From Octopus sinensis (taxonomy: Eukaryota), in contig NC_043005.1 of assembly GCF_006345805.1 (NCBI RefSeq), positions 83,297,001 to 83,330,000 on the forward strand: a DNA stretch of 33,000 nucleotides, given 5' to 3'. The notes under the pieces were generated by a model. It did not search any database. It had not been told where the DNA came from and worked only from the letters and a program-made list of their open reading frames with translations. This document shows, one piece after another, positions 9,233 through 20,880 of this stretch; the first letter of the stretch is position 1, and each line of letters opens with the position of its first letter. The position numbers and the translations under genes were made by a program.

Positions 9233-9455
9233 TATGTTTTTTTACTGGGGAAGACTGGTTTATGGGGTTACCCTGGGTTTCCTGTCCATAAAGGGTTTAA
9301 CTTTACGGTGTATCGTCAAACACCAAGACCTGTTGGCTTAAGACCACGTTAACAGGTCTTGTGGTCTGACAATACATCATAAAGTTAAACCCTTTATGGG
9401 TGGGAAACCCAGGGTAATCTGATAAAGTAGCCTTCCCTAGTAAAAATAAAACATA
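9233..9455. mobile_element. Fold-back MITE-like palindromic element bounded by TA
   Basis: Left arm ttaccctgggtttcctgtccataaagggtttaactttacggtgtatcgtcaaacaccaagacctgtt (from 9268) matches the reverse complement of the right arm (to 9417). Symmetry extends out to TATGTTTT (9233) and AAAACATA (9455). TA ends suggest Tc1/mariner dependence. Confidence 0.75.
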
Positions 9456-9520
9456 TATATATACATGGTAAAACTTTGTGGAAACGAGTACTGCATATAA
9501 TATTTACTGCAGCAATCCAT

Positions 9521-9552
<32 letters not shown>

Positions 9553-9559
9553 TTTCACA

Positions 9560-10808
9560 CACAAGGATAAGCCAAAAATTATATTTCTCTCATTTCTGTA
9601 AAACATTTTATTAAAACAAAACAGCGGTTGAATATTACATCATTTTTTGACATAGTATCCTTGCTTTTCAATGCACTTCTTCCAGCAGTCCACAAGCTCC
9701 CTTATTCCACAGAGAAAAGGATTTTCAGCTAGTCATACAGCCATTTATGCACACTTCCTGCACTTCTTGGTCTATAGCAAATCAACAGCTTCATAAAGGA
9801 TGTGTGAGCTGTCCAAATAGGTGATAGTCAGAGGGTATGAGATCTGGACTGTGTACAGGTTGTTCCAGCAACTCATAACCCAATGGTTTCAATGGTGTGA
9901 GCAGCCATATGTGGGTATGCATTGTTGTGCAACAATAACACTTGATTTGACAATGGACTTCAGTGTTTGATGCGAGTTGCCAGTTTCAGTTTATTGGCCA
10001 GCATTTCACTGTAGCCTACACTGGAGACTGTAGACCCCTTTTCCAGATAATGTTCCAGTGCAGGCCCCCTTGTGTCCCTTTTTCTGCAGAAGGTTGTCTT
10101 GAATTTCTTTTTGAAGGCAATTCCAGGTGTTTTCCCTTTATACTCTGCCTTTCGGATTCTGGCTCGGTGATGGAACCAAGCTTCATCTCCTGTGACTATT
10201 CTCCCCAAAAAAGCTTTGTTGCTATCAGTCAAGCAAGCATTGACAGGCTTCCAAATGATTGCACTTGTGTTTTTTGTAAGCTTTCTAGGCACTAGTCTCA
10301 CACAAACTTTACAAAAGTGAAGCTTGTCATAAATGATTTGATATGCAGAACTATGACTGATTGGCAGAAAACCTGCCACCTGGTCGGTGGTCACTCACTG
10401 GTTCACCAGAAGCATCTCACAAGCTGGTTGAATCTTCATGTCAGTAGTGTAGGTTGATGGGAGGCCTATTCCCTCTTCATGCTTCATGCATGTCTGGCTT
10501 CTCCATCTACTCATACAAGGACAGTAGAGCACTATCCTTGAATTGTACTGAAAGCCTGCAATAAATTTCAGCCCAACATACCTTCAAACCAGAGAAATTG
10601 GATCACTGATCTCTGTTCTTCCCTGGTGCACACTACCAACAGAGAGGCCATATTTACCATATAATACAAGATAACTGTCGTGATCAAGGTTAAATCTCAG
10701 TTACATAACCACAAGCATACCATCTTTTAGCACACAAGTGCTGAAGGCAATGTGGCCAACCTGAAGAAAGTTTTGGAGAAAGTGCAGACAATTTTTGACT
10801 CTCTCGTA
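9560..10808 (-). mobile_element. Mariner (DD34D) transposon, full length but degenerate
   Basis: Minus-strand translation gives KVCVRLVPRKLT, FLGRIVTGDEAWFHH, LLLHNNAYPH, HSPDLIPSDYHLFG. TIR-like ends tacgagagagtcaaaaatt (10808, followed by TA) and cacaaggataagccaaaaatt (9560). Length ~1.25 kb. Confidence 0.9.
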
Positions 10809-11806
10809 TATAAAATGGCTGTGAATTCACTAGATGAGTATGACCGTCACTGACAAGTTATCTTCAATTTCCTTTTGCTTTTTTTCAGTGACCATAAGAC
10901 CTACAGTAGCTCTTAAAGCTAGTAAATGACTTGCATTTTTTGTAGTTGATGCAGCATTTATTTTCATGCTGCACTCAGGAGCTTGTTCTGTATAGCACCT
11001 TGATTGTGTACATTCATGTGGCTTGTGAATCTGGATCAGCTGGAAAATTCCTTTTCATGTAGACTGAATAAAGGATTAGCTGCTGGAAATTGGCTGTATT
11101 CAACCTGAGGCCTTTAATCATATTTGTGTAGATGACATCTGAAACCAACTCTGAAGAGGCAATTTCTTCCTCAATCATTACACTCAAAATGTAGGACTGT
11201 TGGACCAACAGGTTATCTTTTCTTAGAGTCTTGCTTTACAATATACAATTCTAATAATGAAGATTCCTGAAACTTCCCAATCACCATTGGTTATTTTTAT
11301 GTACCAGTTACTTCTGTCTAGCACTGAAGACTCTAAATCAATTGTTTCAATCTTGCATCAAGTTAGAGAATCTCTCACATAGGCCTTAAATCTCAATTTT
11401 GACTTAGGCTGTAGTATTGTCCCTTGTTAAACTGAACCAAGTTAAACTGTATATCAGATTAACCTGGCAAATCAGTTCAGAATATATCTGTCTGTGTTGA
11501 CTTTGGCTACCAATTTGGATTATCAGTGATATGGTAGTATATATTGTGTGTGCTAGATGAACGCAGTACATTCAACAAAAATCTTAAAGCTGTTAAAAAC
11601 ATTAAGCTTCCTCAACAATATAACCATGAACCATATTAGGAAACTATTTTTTTCCTGTCTTCTCTTATAAAAGATCATGGAAGTTGATCTGAGATAACAC
11701 TTTACACTCCATTTAGTTGTATCATTAGCATCAGACAGATGATAGGATAATCAGTGACAATGAATGGCATTTCACTAGGCCACACCCTGTTTACTATTTG
11801 CTTTTA

Positions 11807-12190
11807 GTGGAGGAGCAATGGCCCAGTGGTTAGGGCAGCGGACTCGCGGTCGTAGGATCATGGTTTCGATTCCCAGACCGGGCGTTGTGAGTGTTTATTG
11901 AGTGAAAACACCTAAAGCTCCACGAGGCTCCGGCCAGGATGGTGGTGATCCCTGCTGTACTCTTTCACCACAACTTTCTCTCACTCTTACTTCCTGTTTC
12001 TGTTGTACCTGTATTTCAAAGGGCCAGCCTTGTCACTCTCTGAGTCACGCTGAATATCCCCAAGAACTACGTTAAGGGTACACGTGTCTGTGGAGTGCTC
12101 AGCCACTTACACGTTAATTTCACGAGCAGGCTGTTCTGTTGATCGGATCAACCGGAACCCTCGTCGTCGTAACCGACGGAGTGCTTCTCA
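11807..12190 (+). mobile_element. tRNA-derived SINE (family 1), full length with 14-bp TSD
   Basis: A box TGGCCCAGTGG and B box GGTTTCGATTCCC in the head; TSD ACTATTTGCTTTTA at 11793-11806 and 12191-12204. Confidence 0.93.
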
Positions 12191-12600
12191 ACTATTTGCT
12201 TTTACATCTCTTCTCTAAGAAATATACCTTCCCCCAATTATTCATTCGTCTTAAGTTAACTAGTCTTTTAATCAGCTTACCGCTTACGTTCATTCACTGC
12301 ATCCTCCCTCTATTTTTTTTTTATCCAAGTTCAGCTTGTTACTTAGACTTTTTCTTATTTGCTTTTACATCCCCAGCTGATAATAAACACTATGTTTTCA
12401 TGATATGAAGTTGTGTGCATAAATTCATTAAAAATTTATTAACTGTTTTTCTTTTTTTCTTTATCATATCATCTGGCCATAATTCCTTTGCAAGTCCAAT
12501 ACTTCACACTTAAAAACAATATAAATCATATCAAAATAGTTTGAGGTTTGAATGTTTAGTTTCAAGTACCACTTATATCAAGCTAATAGGGTCAGCAGTA

Positions 12601-12696
12601 CAGTATACCCTCCCTATAACTATAACCACTATATGCAATACAGTTTATGATACCTTTGAATTTTCATTGATACTTCAATCATTAAGCACCTTTTAA

Positions 12697-12739
<43 letters not shown>

Positions 12740-13900
12740 CCTTCAATGAAAAGCAATAATCAAAATAAGCATGTGATTACCTACCAATCCAAAATTGGAA
12801 CTTTTATAGAAATTAGAGGATGTACTTTGCTGATTAGAGTTTGAGAAAAGTACGATGTTAAAAAGCAGTTAGTTTGGAATATATGCAAAGATAGGACAAA
12901 CTCATTGCATTTTCTTTAAAATATAATGTTGATGCAAATTCTAAATCATTGTCAGTTGGTGCAAGGAAATATATGACAGCCAAAAATATATACAAGTTTT
13001 GGAAACACTGTGATGGAGTGATTTATCTATCAAGGATCTTGTGATAATATCGTCTGCGATGAAGAAATTCAAAAGGCTATTATCAATCTAGCTTGGCAAA
13101 TAAGTATCAAGAATTTCAATTCCAGTAACAGCGGGTGTGGTAAATTTGAAATCACTATGGAATGAAAATTGAAATTAACTAACCATGATGAAGAAGACTG
13201 TGCATCAACATTTTCATGGAAAAGGTTCAATGATTTATTCAAAGAGCTCCTAATTTCACAAATGGGGTTGAAAATGAGTTCTACTAACGGTTAATTACTC
13301 AAGCTCCCAAAATTTTGAGAATATTTACGATACTGCTTTGTGCGAACGCAAGGGTATTCTCCCTTTAAACTATCAAGTTGGGGAAGATCACCACGTCCAC
13401 AAATTTTGAGACAATGCACCAATTACCGTTCCATTATTACAGTCCTAAAAAATACATTATTCCCCTCATATTTCATCTTTGCAGTGCTAAATACCAAGAT
13501 GTCATCAAACTTCCAGATGATGAAATAAAGAATCAACTAATTTTGGACAACACAACTCCTCACCTAGGTGGTCACAATACATCAGTATCATTGGTAAAAT
13601 GCAGTGCATGTATCCCCACCACCACCACATCACGTTACCTCCGTGACTCATTATTCAGTCAATGGATCAAGATATAACTTTAGGCTGCAAAGGATTACAT
13701 CAATAATCATATTTAGACGAAGTTCTCGTGCCATTGAAGTGATCAGTTTTTGAGAAGGCAGAATACGAAGACGAATACAAATAGCTATCGAGAATAACAC
13801 CCAAGAACTACAAACTGAAGTTTGCTATATTTAATTTAGTAGGTAAATGAAAAGCTCTGATTACTACCATATTAGCTAATGCTTGGGGAAACATTTTTCT
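12601..13900 (+). mobile_element. Tigger/pogo-type DNA transposon relic (HTH + DDE_1 transposase pseudogene)
   Basis: TA|CAGTATACCCTCCCTATAAC resembles a Tigger TIR. Frame-broken peptides KYDVKKQLVWNICK, NFNSSN..KF.NHYGM, LCANA, QLPFHYYSPK, QLILDNTTPH, PTTTTS, QSMDQDI and LANAW parallel pogo motifs (LPVHY, LILDNAPSH, LPPNTTS.LQPMDQGI). Confidence 0.7.
12699..12735. repeat. (TG)n microsatellite
   Basis: Direct reading. Confidence 0.97.
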
Positions 13901-14208
13901 ACAATGTAGAGGTAGAACACGATTTTGAAGGATTTGGGGTGAATGATTTTCATCATACAGAAAGGCAACGTCAAAACTTAGATAGAAGACATAGAGGGTC
14001 ACCCCTGAATACTAAATTGTAATAGAAGAAATAATGGCGGTTTATGCTGGTAACAAAAAATAGTGAGGATGACAAAGACAACTAACCATAGAAACCATGG
14101 ACCAAAAATCCCAACTTTCTGTCGTGCGAGAATCTGTTGATAACATTTCGTACATTATGCAAAATGTAACGTTATGTAATGAAATGTATGTAACATTTTG
14201 TAACGGTA

Positions 14209-14410
14209 GGCGAAATGCTTAGCAGTATTTCGTCTGTCTTTACGTTCTGAGTTCAAATTCCTCCGAGGTCGACTTCGCCTTTCATCCTTTCGAAGTTGAT
14301 AAATTAAGTACCAGTTGCGTACTGGAGTCGATCTAATCGACTAAACACACACACACACACATACACGCATTCAAATTTCGGGCTTTGTGCCTAGAGTAGA
14401 AAAGAATATT
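14209..14410 (+). mobile_element. tRNA-derived SINE (family 2), CpGs retained
   Basis: B-box-like GAGTTCAAATTCC, followed by cttcgcctttcatcctttcg...aagtaccagt...gtcgatctaatcgac...ttgtgcctagagtagaaaag. Confidence 0.85.
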
Positions 14411-15276
14411 TTCAATATCTTATAACTTTAGAAGAATTCAATATTCCAGAAGCAGCATTAGCAAAACTTTGACACGACAGGGAATCATTTTCAAAATAAC
14501 AGGTTCTGTTTATGTTGTTTTTTTTAGTATCTAACAAATAAATTCTTTACATAAACAATTTTTATTTCATCTAACGACTCATCGAAATTAATATAGAGGG
14601 ATTTTGTGCCTAAAATATAAATAGAAATAGTCCTGCGAGAAAATAAATCTGAGAACCACTACTGAAGGGAAATCTATTAATACTTATGATTCCCGAAAGA
14701 AAACTGAAGTCGTGATTTATTTTCGCACTGATTAAACTGATGTCATGCCTGTCTCATTAGTATTATATTAGTAACAAAGAAAACCAAAAAATAAGCAGCA
14801 AATTCTTTCTTGTTGAAAGTCTCTCGTTTCTTAAGAATGCTAACTTATTTCAAGGGAGGTTACTCCAGCTTCGATTTGCATATTCTCTCATAGTAACGTC
14901 CCTTGTTCTGTAAGCTTTGTTTTTTAACCACTTCTAAGCTTAAATATTTTGACACTTATAAATTTTCCTTTAAAAGACTGTAATTTCTCTATTTTTTGTG
15001 AAGCACGAACAATAGTGATTAAAGAAATTTATCTTTAATTACATTTGTTTAGATTTTGTGCGTTTTTCTTTAATCACCATGAAGTCTTTCACGAAATGTT
15101 TTGATTGCTAATTCAGGAAGTAACTTGTCGTGGTCTGTTGGAGCTTAAACATAATAAATTGAGGGTAGTGTGCGTGTGTTTAGATAGAGTAGCATTTCAA
15201 CATTTCGTCTTATTTTAACATTATACTTCGCTTGAACATCACTGTCGTTGTCATCGACGTTAATACTTTCATTGTT

Positions 15277-15278
<2 letters not shown>

Positions 15279-15311
<33 letters not shown>
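15279..15311. repeat. (TA)n microsatellite
   Basis: Direct reading. Confidence 0.97.
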
Positions 15312-15314
<3 letters not shown>

Positions 15315-15740
15315 CAAAAAAAACCTGTTTTTATTTGCACGTTTTCGGCAATTCGTATCACTACATGTATAAAGTGACGTTAATGATATAATTCAGTTTT
15401 AAAAGGTGAGTCCGTAATCATTAATTATACACCTCACTCCTTTACTAAGCATGTTTTCTTTCTTATCTCACAAGAAGTGTTGTGTTTTATAAACTAATTT
15501 ACTCGCGTCGCTATGGAGCTTCTTTCTAACCGGTCACTCGTTCGACCTACCAAGATCGCCTTCAGTAAACAAAAATTAAGTCACAAAAACAAAAAAAAAT
15601 ATTTGATAATAAACAGGGGGGAAAACCTTAATAGGCGGATAAAATCACTAATTAGAATTTGAAAAAAGTCATATGTTTAAATATAATGCATACTCGAAAA
15701 AAACAATGGTATTAAACGCGTTTTTAATCGCTTTCGAACT

Positions 15741-15927
15741 GATAATAAGTGTCTGAGGTCAACAAGTTTGAGGGGAGAAGCAAGCTGATTACATCGACCT
15801 CCTTACTCGGCCAATTCTTAATTTTGTTGGCCTAGGCGATAGAATTTGAACTCAGAATGTAGAGACGAACGAAAGCCTTAGCGGCATTTTGTCCGGCGTG
15901 CTAACGGTTCTGCCAGCACGTCGCCTT
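15741..15927 (-). mobile_element. tRNA-derived SINE (family 2)
   Basis: aatttgaactcagaatgtagagacgaacgaaa...cattttgtccggcgtgctaacggttctgccagc..gtcgcctt is the reverse complement of the family head. Confidence 0.8.
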
Positions 15928-16149
15928 GCGTCCGATATCTAACGGCAACACTATTTATATACAGACATAGGGGAAAAGATTTTCTTTTAGTCATTTTTTG
16001 TTTAATGCCTTAACAGAAAACGTGAAACAAAATTAATTCATTCATTGAAGCTTTTCTGTGACTTTTTTTCTTTCTTGTGACTGTCTTCCTCTCATTCAAA
16101 TAACACATTGCCGTCTTTTAAAATACATAAACAAACTTAAAGGGGAGAA

Positions 16150-17520
16150 CGTGGGTGAACTTTCGGAATAGCTGTCTCATATAAATCAGAATTTCTCCCC
16201 TTTTTTCGGGGATGGGAGAGGAGACTTTCCCACATTTGAAAGCAAACTTTTTAAAGATGTTTTTTTTTCTTTTCAAAAATCTGTTTTCCAACGTCTCTCA
16301 TGACGCCTTTCAAAATAGACAAACTTTTTTTACATTTCTTTTTTAATAATCAATGTTTTTCAAGTATTTCCCTCCAGTCAACGTTGTGCCTTCCAAGCAG
16401 CAGCCACCACTTTTTTTTTTTTTTTTTGTGCACTTTCGGAATAGTTATCCCTCAAAAGTCGGAATTACTCCATTTCTTTGTGGGATTTTTCCCTATTTCG
16501 TATTATCCCACATTTCAAAACAGTTTTTCAGTTTTTAAAATAGATTTTGGAAAGACTTCGAGTCCCCCCCCCCATTTTCTCCCAAATTTGTTTATTTTTG
16601 TAATTTTTTAAATCTGCCAGTCAAAGTGAAAAGATCCATTTTTTTTTTCCCAAAAATCCCCGTTTTCGGATACGGAAATTCCGGAAAATTGCCAAAGATC
16701 GAAATTGTGAAATTTCCCCCACACACACACTTCTTCAATTTTGACTTTTTTCCCTTACACTAACCCTATAACCCTAACCCTAATCTTAAAACCGAAAGTA
16801 CAGAAATGTTTTGAAATGTTTTGAAATTTTTGTCCGAATCATGATGTCCGTATTTTTCCGCATATTTAGAGAAAAAAAATTCTTCAAAAATTGTTTACAA
16901 AGAATTTTTGGAAATTTTTTTTAGAATTTTTCCGTATTTTTTCCCTATTTTTCCGCATGTTTTGAAAAAAAAATTGTGAAAAAGTTTAAAATGAAAAAAA
17001 TAGGGGTAGTGTGGTAATTTAGGAATGTCGATTTTTGCCAGTGTTTTGGCAGATTCGTATTCCCCGTTGCCGAAAAAGGGAGTTTGTGTCGATTCTGTTC
17101 CTTTCGAGATATTTCCACAGTTTTTAGTATCCCACATTTCAAAAAAGTTTGGGGCAAACTTTTTAAAGCTTTTTTTTTTTCCCCCCCGTTTCATGTTTTC
17201 CAATATTTCGACCATTACCGCTCATCGTGCCTTCCCAACAGCAGCCGACACAAAATTTTGGTGTATGGCGTGCTTTCGAAATAACTGTCCCACTTAAATA
17301 GGAATTTCTCCGTTTCCTTCGGGATTTCTCTACAGGTTTTAATATCCCACATTTCAAAACAGTTGAAGGAAAACTTTCTAAAGATTTTTTTTTTTTTTAT
17401 CCATGTTTTCAAGCGTCTAGACCCCACCTCGCATCATGTCTTCCCGTAGCAGACGACACTAAAGTGATCCCCCCTCCCGCCGTTATTTTATTATATTCCA
17501 CATTTTGAAACACCTTGCTG
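16150..17520. repeat. Degenerate ~200-280-bp repeats with conserved motif blocks
   Basis: Recurring blocks: actttcggaatag / gctttcgaaataa (~16159, ~16433, ~17272); cccacatttcaaaa (16229, 16507, 17131, 17346, variant 17498); tgYcttcc..YagcagMcgacac (16386, 17227, 17436). Confidence 0.7.
16761..16786. repeat. Short interstitial telomere-type (TAACCC)n tract
   Basis: TAACCC TA TAACCC TAACCC TAATCT. Confidence 0.6.
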
Positions 17521-17977
17521 TATTTTTAGAGGGGAAAAATTCGTAAACTCTTCTGTCCTCTTCACCTTCAGCATTCTTTTCATGATTAAAATGGGTTTTG
17601 GGATTTTTTGAGTTTTTTTTTTTATCCAATACTCTGAAACAAGATCCAAACACACTTCTCAACACTTCATAAACACTCGAAATTTGCATTAAACTTTTTA
17701 AAATTTGTTTTTCAAATTCTTAAACCTCTTTCTCTTTTACCCTTCCTTTTGAAATTAATATTCCATTCCTAAAAAATATTTTCAAAATTTCATTTTCATC
17801 CCCACCATCAATACTTTTTTTTTTTAACTTTATTTATTCTGTAAAAACTTTTGGGATTTTTTTTTCTATGAGGTATAAAAATGAAACGAGTTCAGAGAAA
17901 TAGAATTTATTAAAACTTACCTGATTTTGACCACTGTATTTACTTTGATAAGTTTGAATAACTCGACAAAGACACCT

Positions 17978-18120
17978 TATTCTTCTGTGCAGGATATGTG
18001 AGTTCAAATGCCGCCGAGGCCAACTTTGCCTTTCATCCCTTCAGGATCGATAAAATAAGTACTAGTTGAGTACTGAGATCGATGTAATCGATTTATCCCC
18101 TCCCCGAACTTTCTGACTTT
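17978..18120 (+). mobile_element. tRNA-derived SINE (family 2), partial
   Basis: gagttcaaatgccgccgaggccaactttgcctttcatcccttc...ataagtactagttgagtactgagatcgatgtaatcgat. Confidence 0.8.
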
Positions 18121-19539
18121 TATATTTCTCGATAAGACCATTCACATCAAAGTAAGAACCACTTAGAAAATTTTCCCGACTCGGGGACAGGTTCTCTCTG
18201 ACAGTTGCTCTTCCAAGTGGATGTGTGAAAAACAAAAGATTGGAATTTTGAAAGAAATTTCCATAAAATAATAATTTCATTTGTTTGAAACATAGAAAAG
18301 AATATTTTTAAGGAAAGAAAAGTAAAATTGGACGAACAAAATCTCTCTTTTCTTTCTGTCTTCGCAGCAGACGACAGCGATGCAGGCACTGTGGGAAAAA
18401 AACTCTGGTGAAGTCTTTGTAAATGTTCTTTATTTTTTATTTTAATGCAAATTACAATTCTATGAGAAGTGGTTCAGTGTGTGAAATATTATAAAATGAC
18501 GAAAAATAATGAGAAAGACAAAAAAGAGAAATCATTTTAGTGGTGGATGCTGTCCCGAAGGCTCGATGAAGGGCGAGGGTTGACGGACATTTGAAAAACA
18601 TGGACTTAAAACAAACTATTTTTTAAAAAAACGAAGTTCAACAATTCACCCGAAGTATTTTGTAATGTAAGATACTATAAAATAAGGGAAAATTCCGTTA
18701 AAAAAAAAAGAAAATTCCGATTTATGTGTGACAGCTCTTCCGAAAGTTTAACAAAATATGTTGGGTAAATTAGGGGTCAACAAGGTAGCCAATATTAACC
18801 CCTTAGGAGTGCCTGGCTAAGAGAATCGATGCACATTAAATATTCCGATTATATCGATATAATATGACTGAATTTTTATTTTTATTTATCAGTTTCGTTT
18901 AGTATTTTCGTTAAATTTCTTTAAACATTTCTTATCAAAAAGCGGTAATGCCGCATAAGAGCGAAAGAATTAAAGCAATTATCAAGAAAATTTTATAAAC
19001 TTTATTTTTAATTCTAATTTAGAAATTTACATGATAGAAAAATCGATAAGCTATCAACGATTCCCTGAGGAGGACAATGATATCAAAAATTAAGAAGTGT
19101 GCGACCCGTGCTCAAGACAGACGATGTCTGAAAAAAAAGCTGACAGGGCTATAGGTGTATGACCCCAACACTAATTTGTTTCCCTTTAACTTTCTTTTAA
19201 AATGCTTATTTTCATTGATTAAATTTTCCAGATATACATTTTAGTTAATGTAGAATATGATTATGCTAGTTACAAAATTGAAAAAAAATTCTTTTCAGGA
19301 CCTTTCTACTATCACTAACCACACTATCCGACTGCCTTTGTGAAATGCTTATTATTTTTTTCATATAAAATTTTCTGTATTTACGTTTTCGATTTTTTAA
19401 ATTCTGAGTATTTTGATAAATGTTTTTTTAAAAGAAATCAATCGTACTCTAAAGCATCGGAAATTTATCTCAGAAAATTTCCAATAAAAATATGCATTTA
19501 ACAAAATCTAGTTGGGTGGGGTGATGATCTAAAAATATT

Positions 19540-20142
19540 TTTTCGACCGTTTTTTACCTCACATAACCGTATCTCTCAAAATTTTAACTTAAAAATAAAT
19601 ATTTTTTAAAAAGTTGTGAGAAAACTAAGTCAGGAGAGTGGAAAATCATCCAAAACTCAACCACCATTTTTTTTAATATAATCGTAATCTACTTCACCAA
19701 AAATATATCGAGAAATTGTCATTGGAAAATGTGCATTTGTAAAAGAGTTATGAGGAAACTAAGTCGAGAGGATGGTAATTATCAGAAAATCCACCAAATA
19801 AACTTTTTTTCACAAATTTTCGGACATAATTGTAATCTACTTCGTCTAAAATACATCTCTGTTGAGAGAGGGGAAATTATTTGAAACTCCTCCAAAGATA
19901 ATTTTTTTCGCAACTTTTCCTGATATAACCGTAATCTACCCTATTTAAAGTGTACCTGGAAAAATACTAAAAATATAAGCGTTTTTAAGAAAGTTATGAG
20001 GAAACGAAGTCCATGGGTAGGAGAATTATCCAAAACTCCTCCAAACTTTTTTAGTTATTTTTTTTTTTTCAGAAATAATCATAATATACACCTTCTCAAA
20101 CGTATCTCTTAAAAATTTCATCAAAATGTGAGGAAAATAGTC
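19540..20142. repeat. Degenerate ~120-140-bp tandem array (probably DNA-transposon internal repeats)
   Basis: Units begin aagttRtgagRaaactaagtc at ~19611, ~19746, ~19991 and ~20126, and share aattatccaaaactcctcca and ataaYcgtaatctac blocks. Confidence 0.65.
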
Positions 20143-20400
20143 GTGAGGCACCCAAACTGTAGTTACATGCTCAAAAATAACCCACTGTCCGTCTACTCAG
20201 AGTTGGAACCCTTCGTTTTTGGTCTCTTCGCCCTCAGAACCAACTTGTGACGGAACAAACCATAAATTTAATTGTTTTACGAAAAGGTTAGGTGAATTCC
20301 GTTTAATATTTGCAATGATCAGGAGTTGTTGAAAATACGGATGTTTATTTCGAAATCGAGATAAGAAGAAGAGTTTATATAACAGGGGAAGTAAAGTGAA

Positions 20401-20509
20401 TATTCTTTCTGTCTCTACGTTCTCAGTTCAAATGCTGCGAAGATCGATATTGCCTTTCATCCTTTCGGGATTGATGAAATAAGTACCAGTTGTACACTGG
20501 GTCGATGTA
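20401..20509 (+). mobile_element. tRNA-derived SINE (family 2), partial
   Basis: ctacgttctcagttcaaatgc...ttgcctttcatcctttcggga...aaataagtaccagttgtacactgggtcgatgta. Confidence 0.8.
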
Positions 20510-20699
20510 CTCCTTCTGCATATAGCATTAAAAAATTACTGGATCACAACACTTGCCCATTGTCCTAACGTTGTTGGTATTGTTCCTTGATGACACTAAT
20601 TATGCACCTATGGGTTTCAATTAGGAAACTAGGAAGCTACATAATAATAAAAGTCACATAACAATACTGTTCTCTTAGTTCTTGCTGATTATAAACTTT

Positions 20700-20880
20700 A
20701 CTTTTACCATCAGTTAAAACTTGTACCTAGTGTTTTCTGTGAATCTCATGTCTCATAGTGGACTCCACCACCTTGAGCTGCTTGTTGATGGTCCTTATCA
20801 ACCCACTGGTCTTCTCATCAATGTCCTGAATCTACTGGATGAACTCAGTCATCTTGATGGCATATGATTATTGAGAAAGG
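20700..20880 (-). pseudogene. Possible Tc1/maT-like transposase N-terminal fragment
   Basis: Minus-strand peptide IKMTEFIQ*IQDIDEKTSGLIRTINKQLKVVESTMRHEIH resembles the HTH region of Tc1/maT transposases. Resemblance judged from memory only. Confidence 0.4.

Noticed and set aside
10731-10837. Apparent exon HTSAEGNVANLKKVLEKVQTIFDSLVYKMAVNSLD with AG/GT ends
   Set aside because: It overlaps the mariner 5' end and TIR (to 10808) on the opposite strand, and the following intron would be only 51 nt.
10900-11780. Coding-like stretches on both strands (e.g. ORF 11014..11208)
   Set aside because: Multiple stops, no motif I can identify and no coherent splice pattern; possibly an old element.
11809-11885. 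Possible tRNA gene
   Set aside because: It has A and B boxes but continues into a ~300-bp repeat body with a 14-bp TSD and a second copy at 8406; it is a SINE head.
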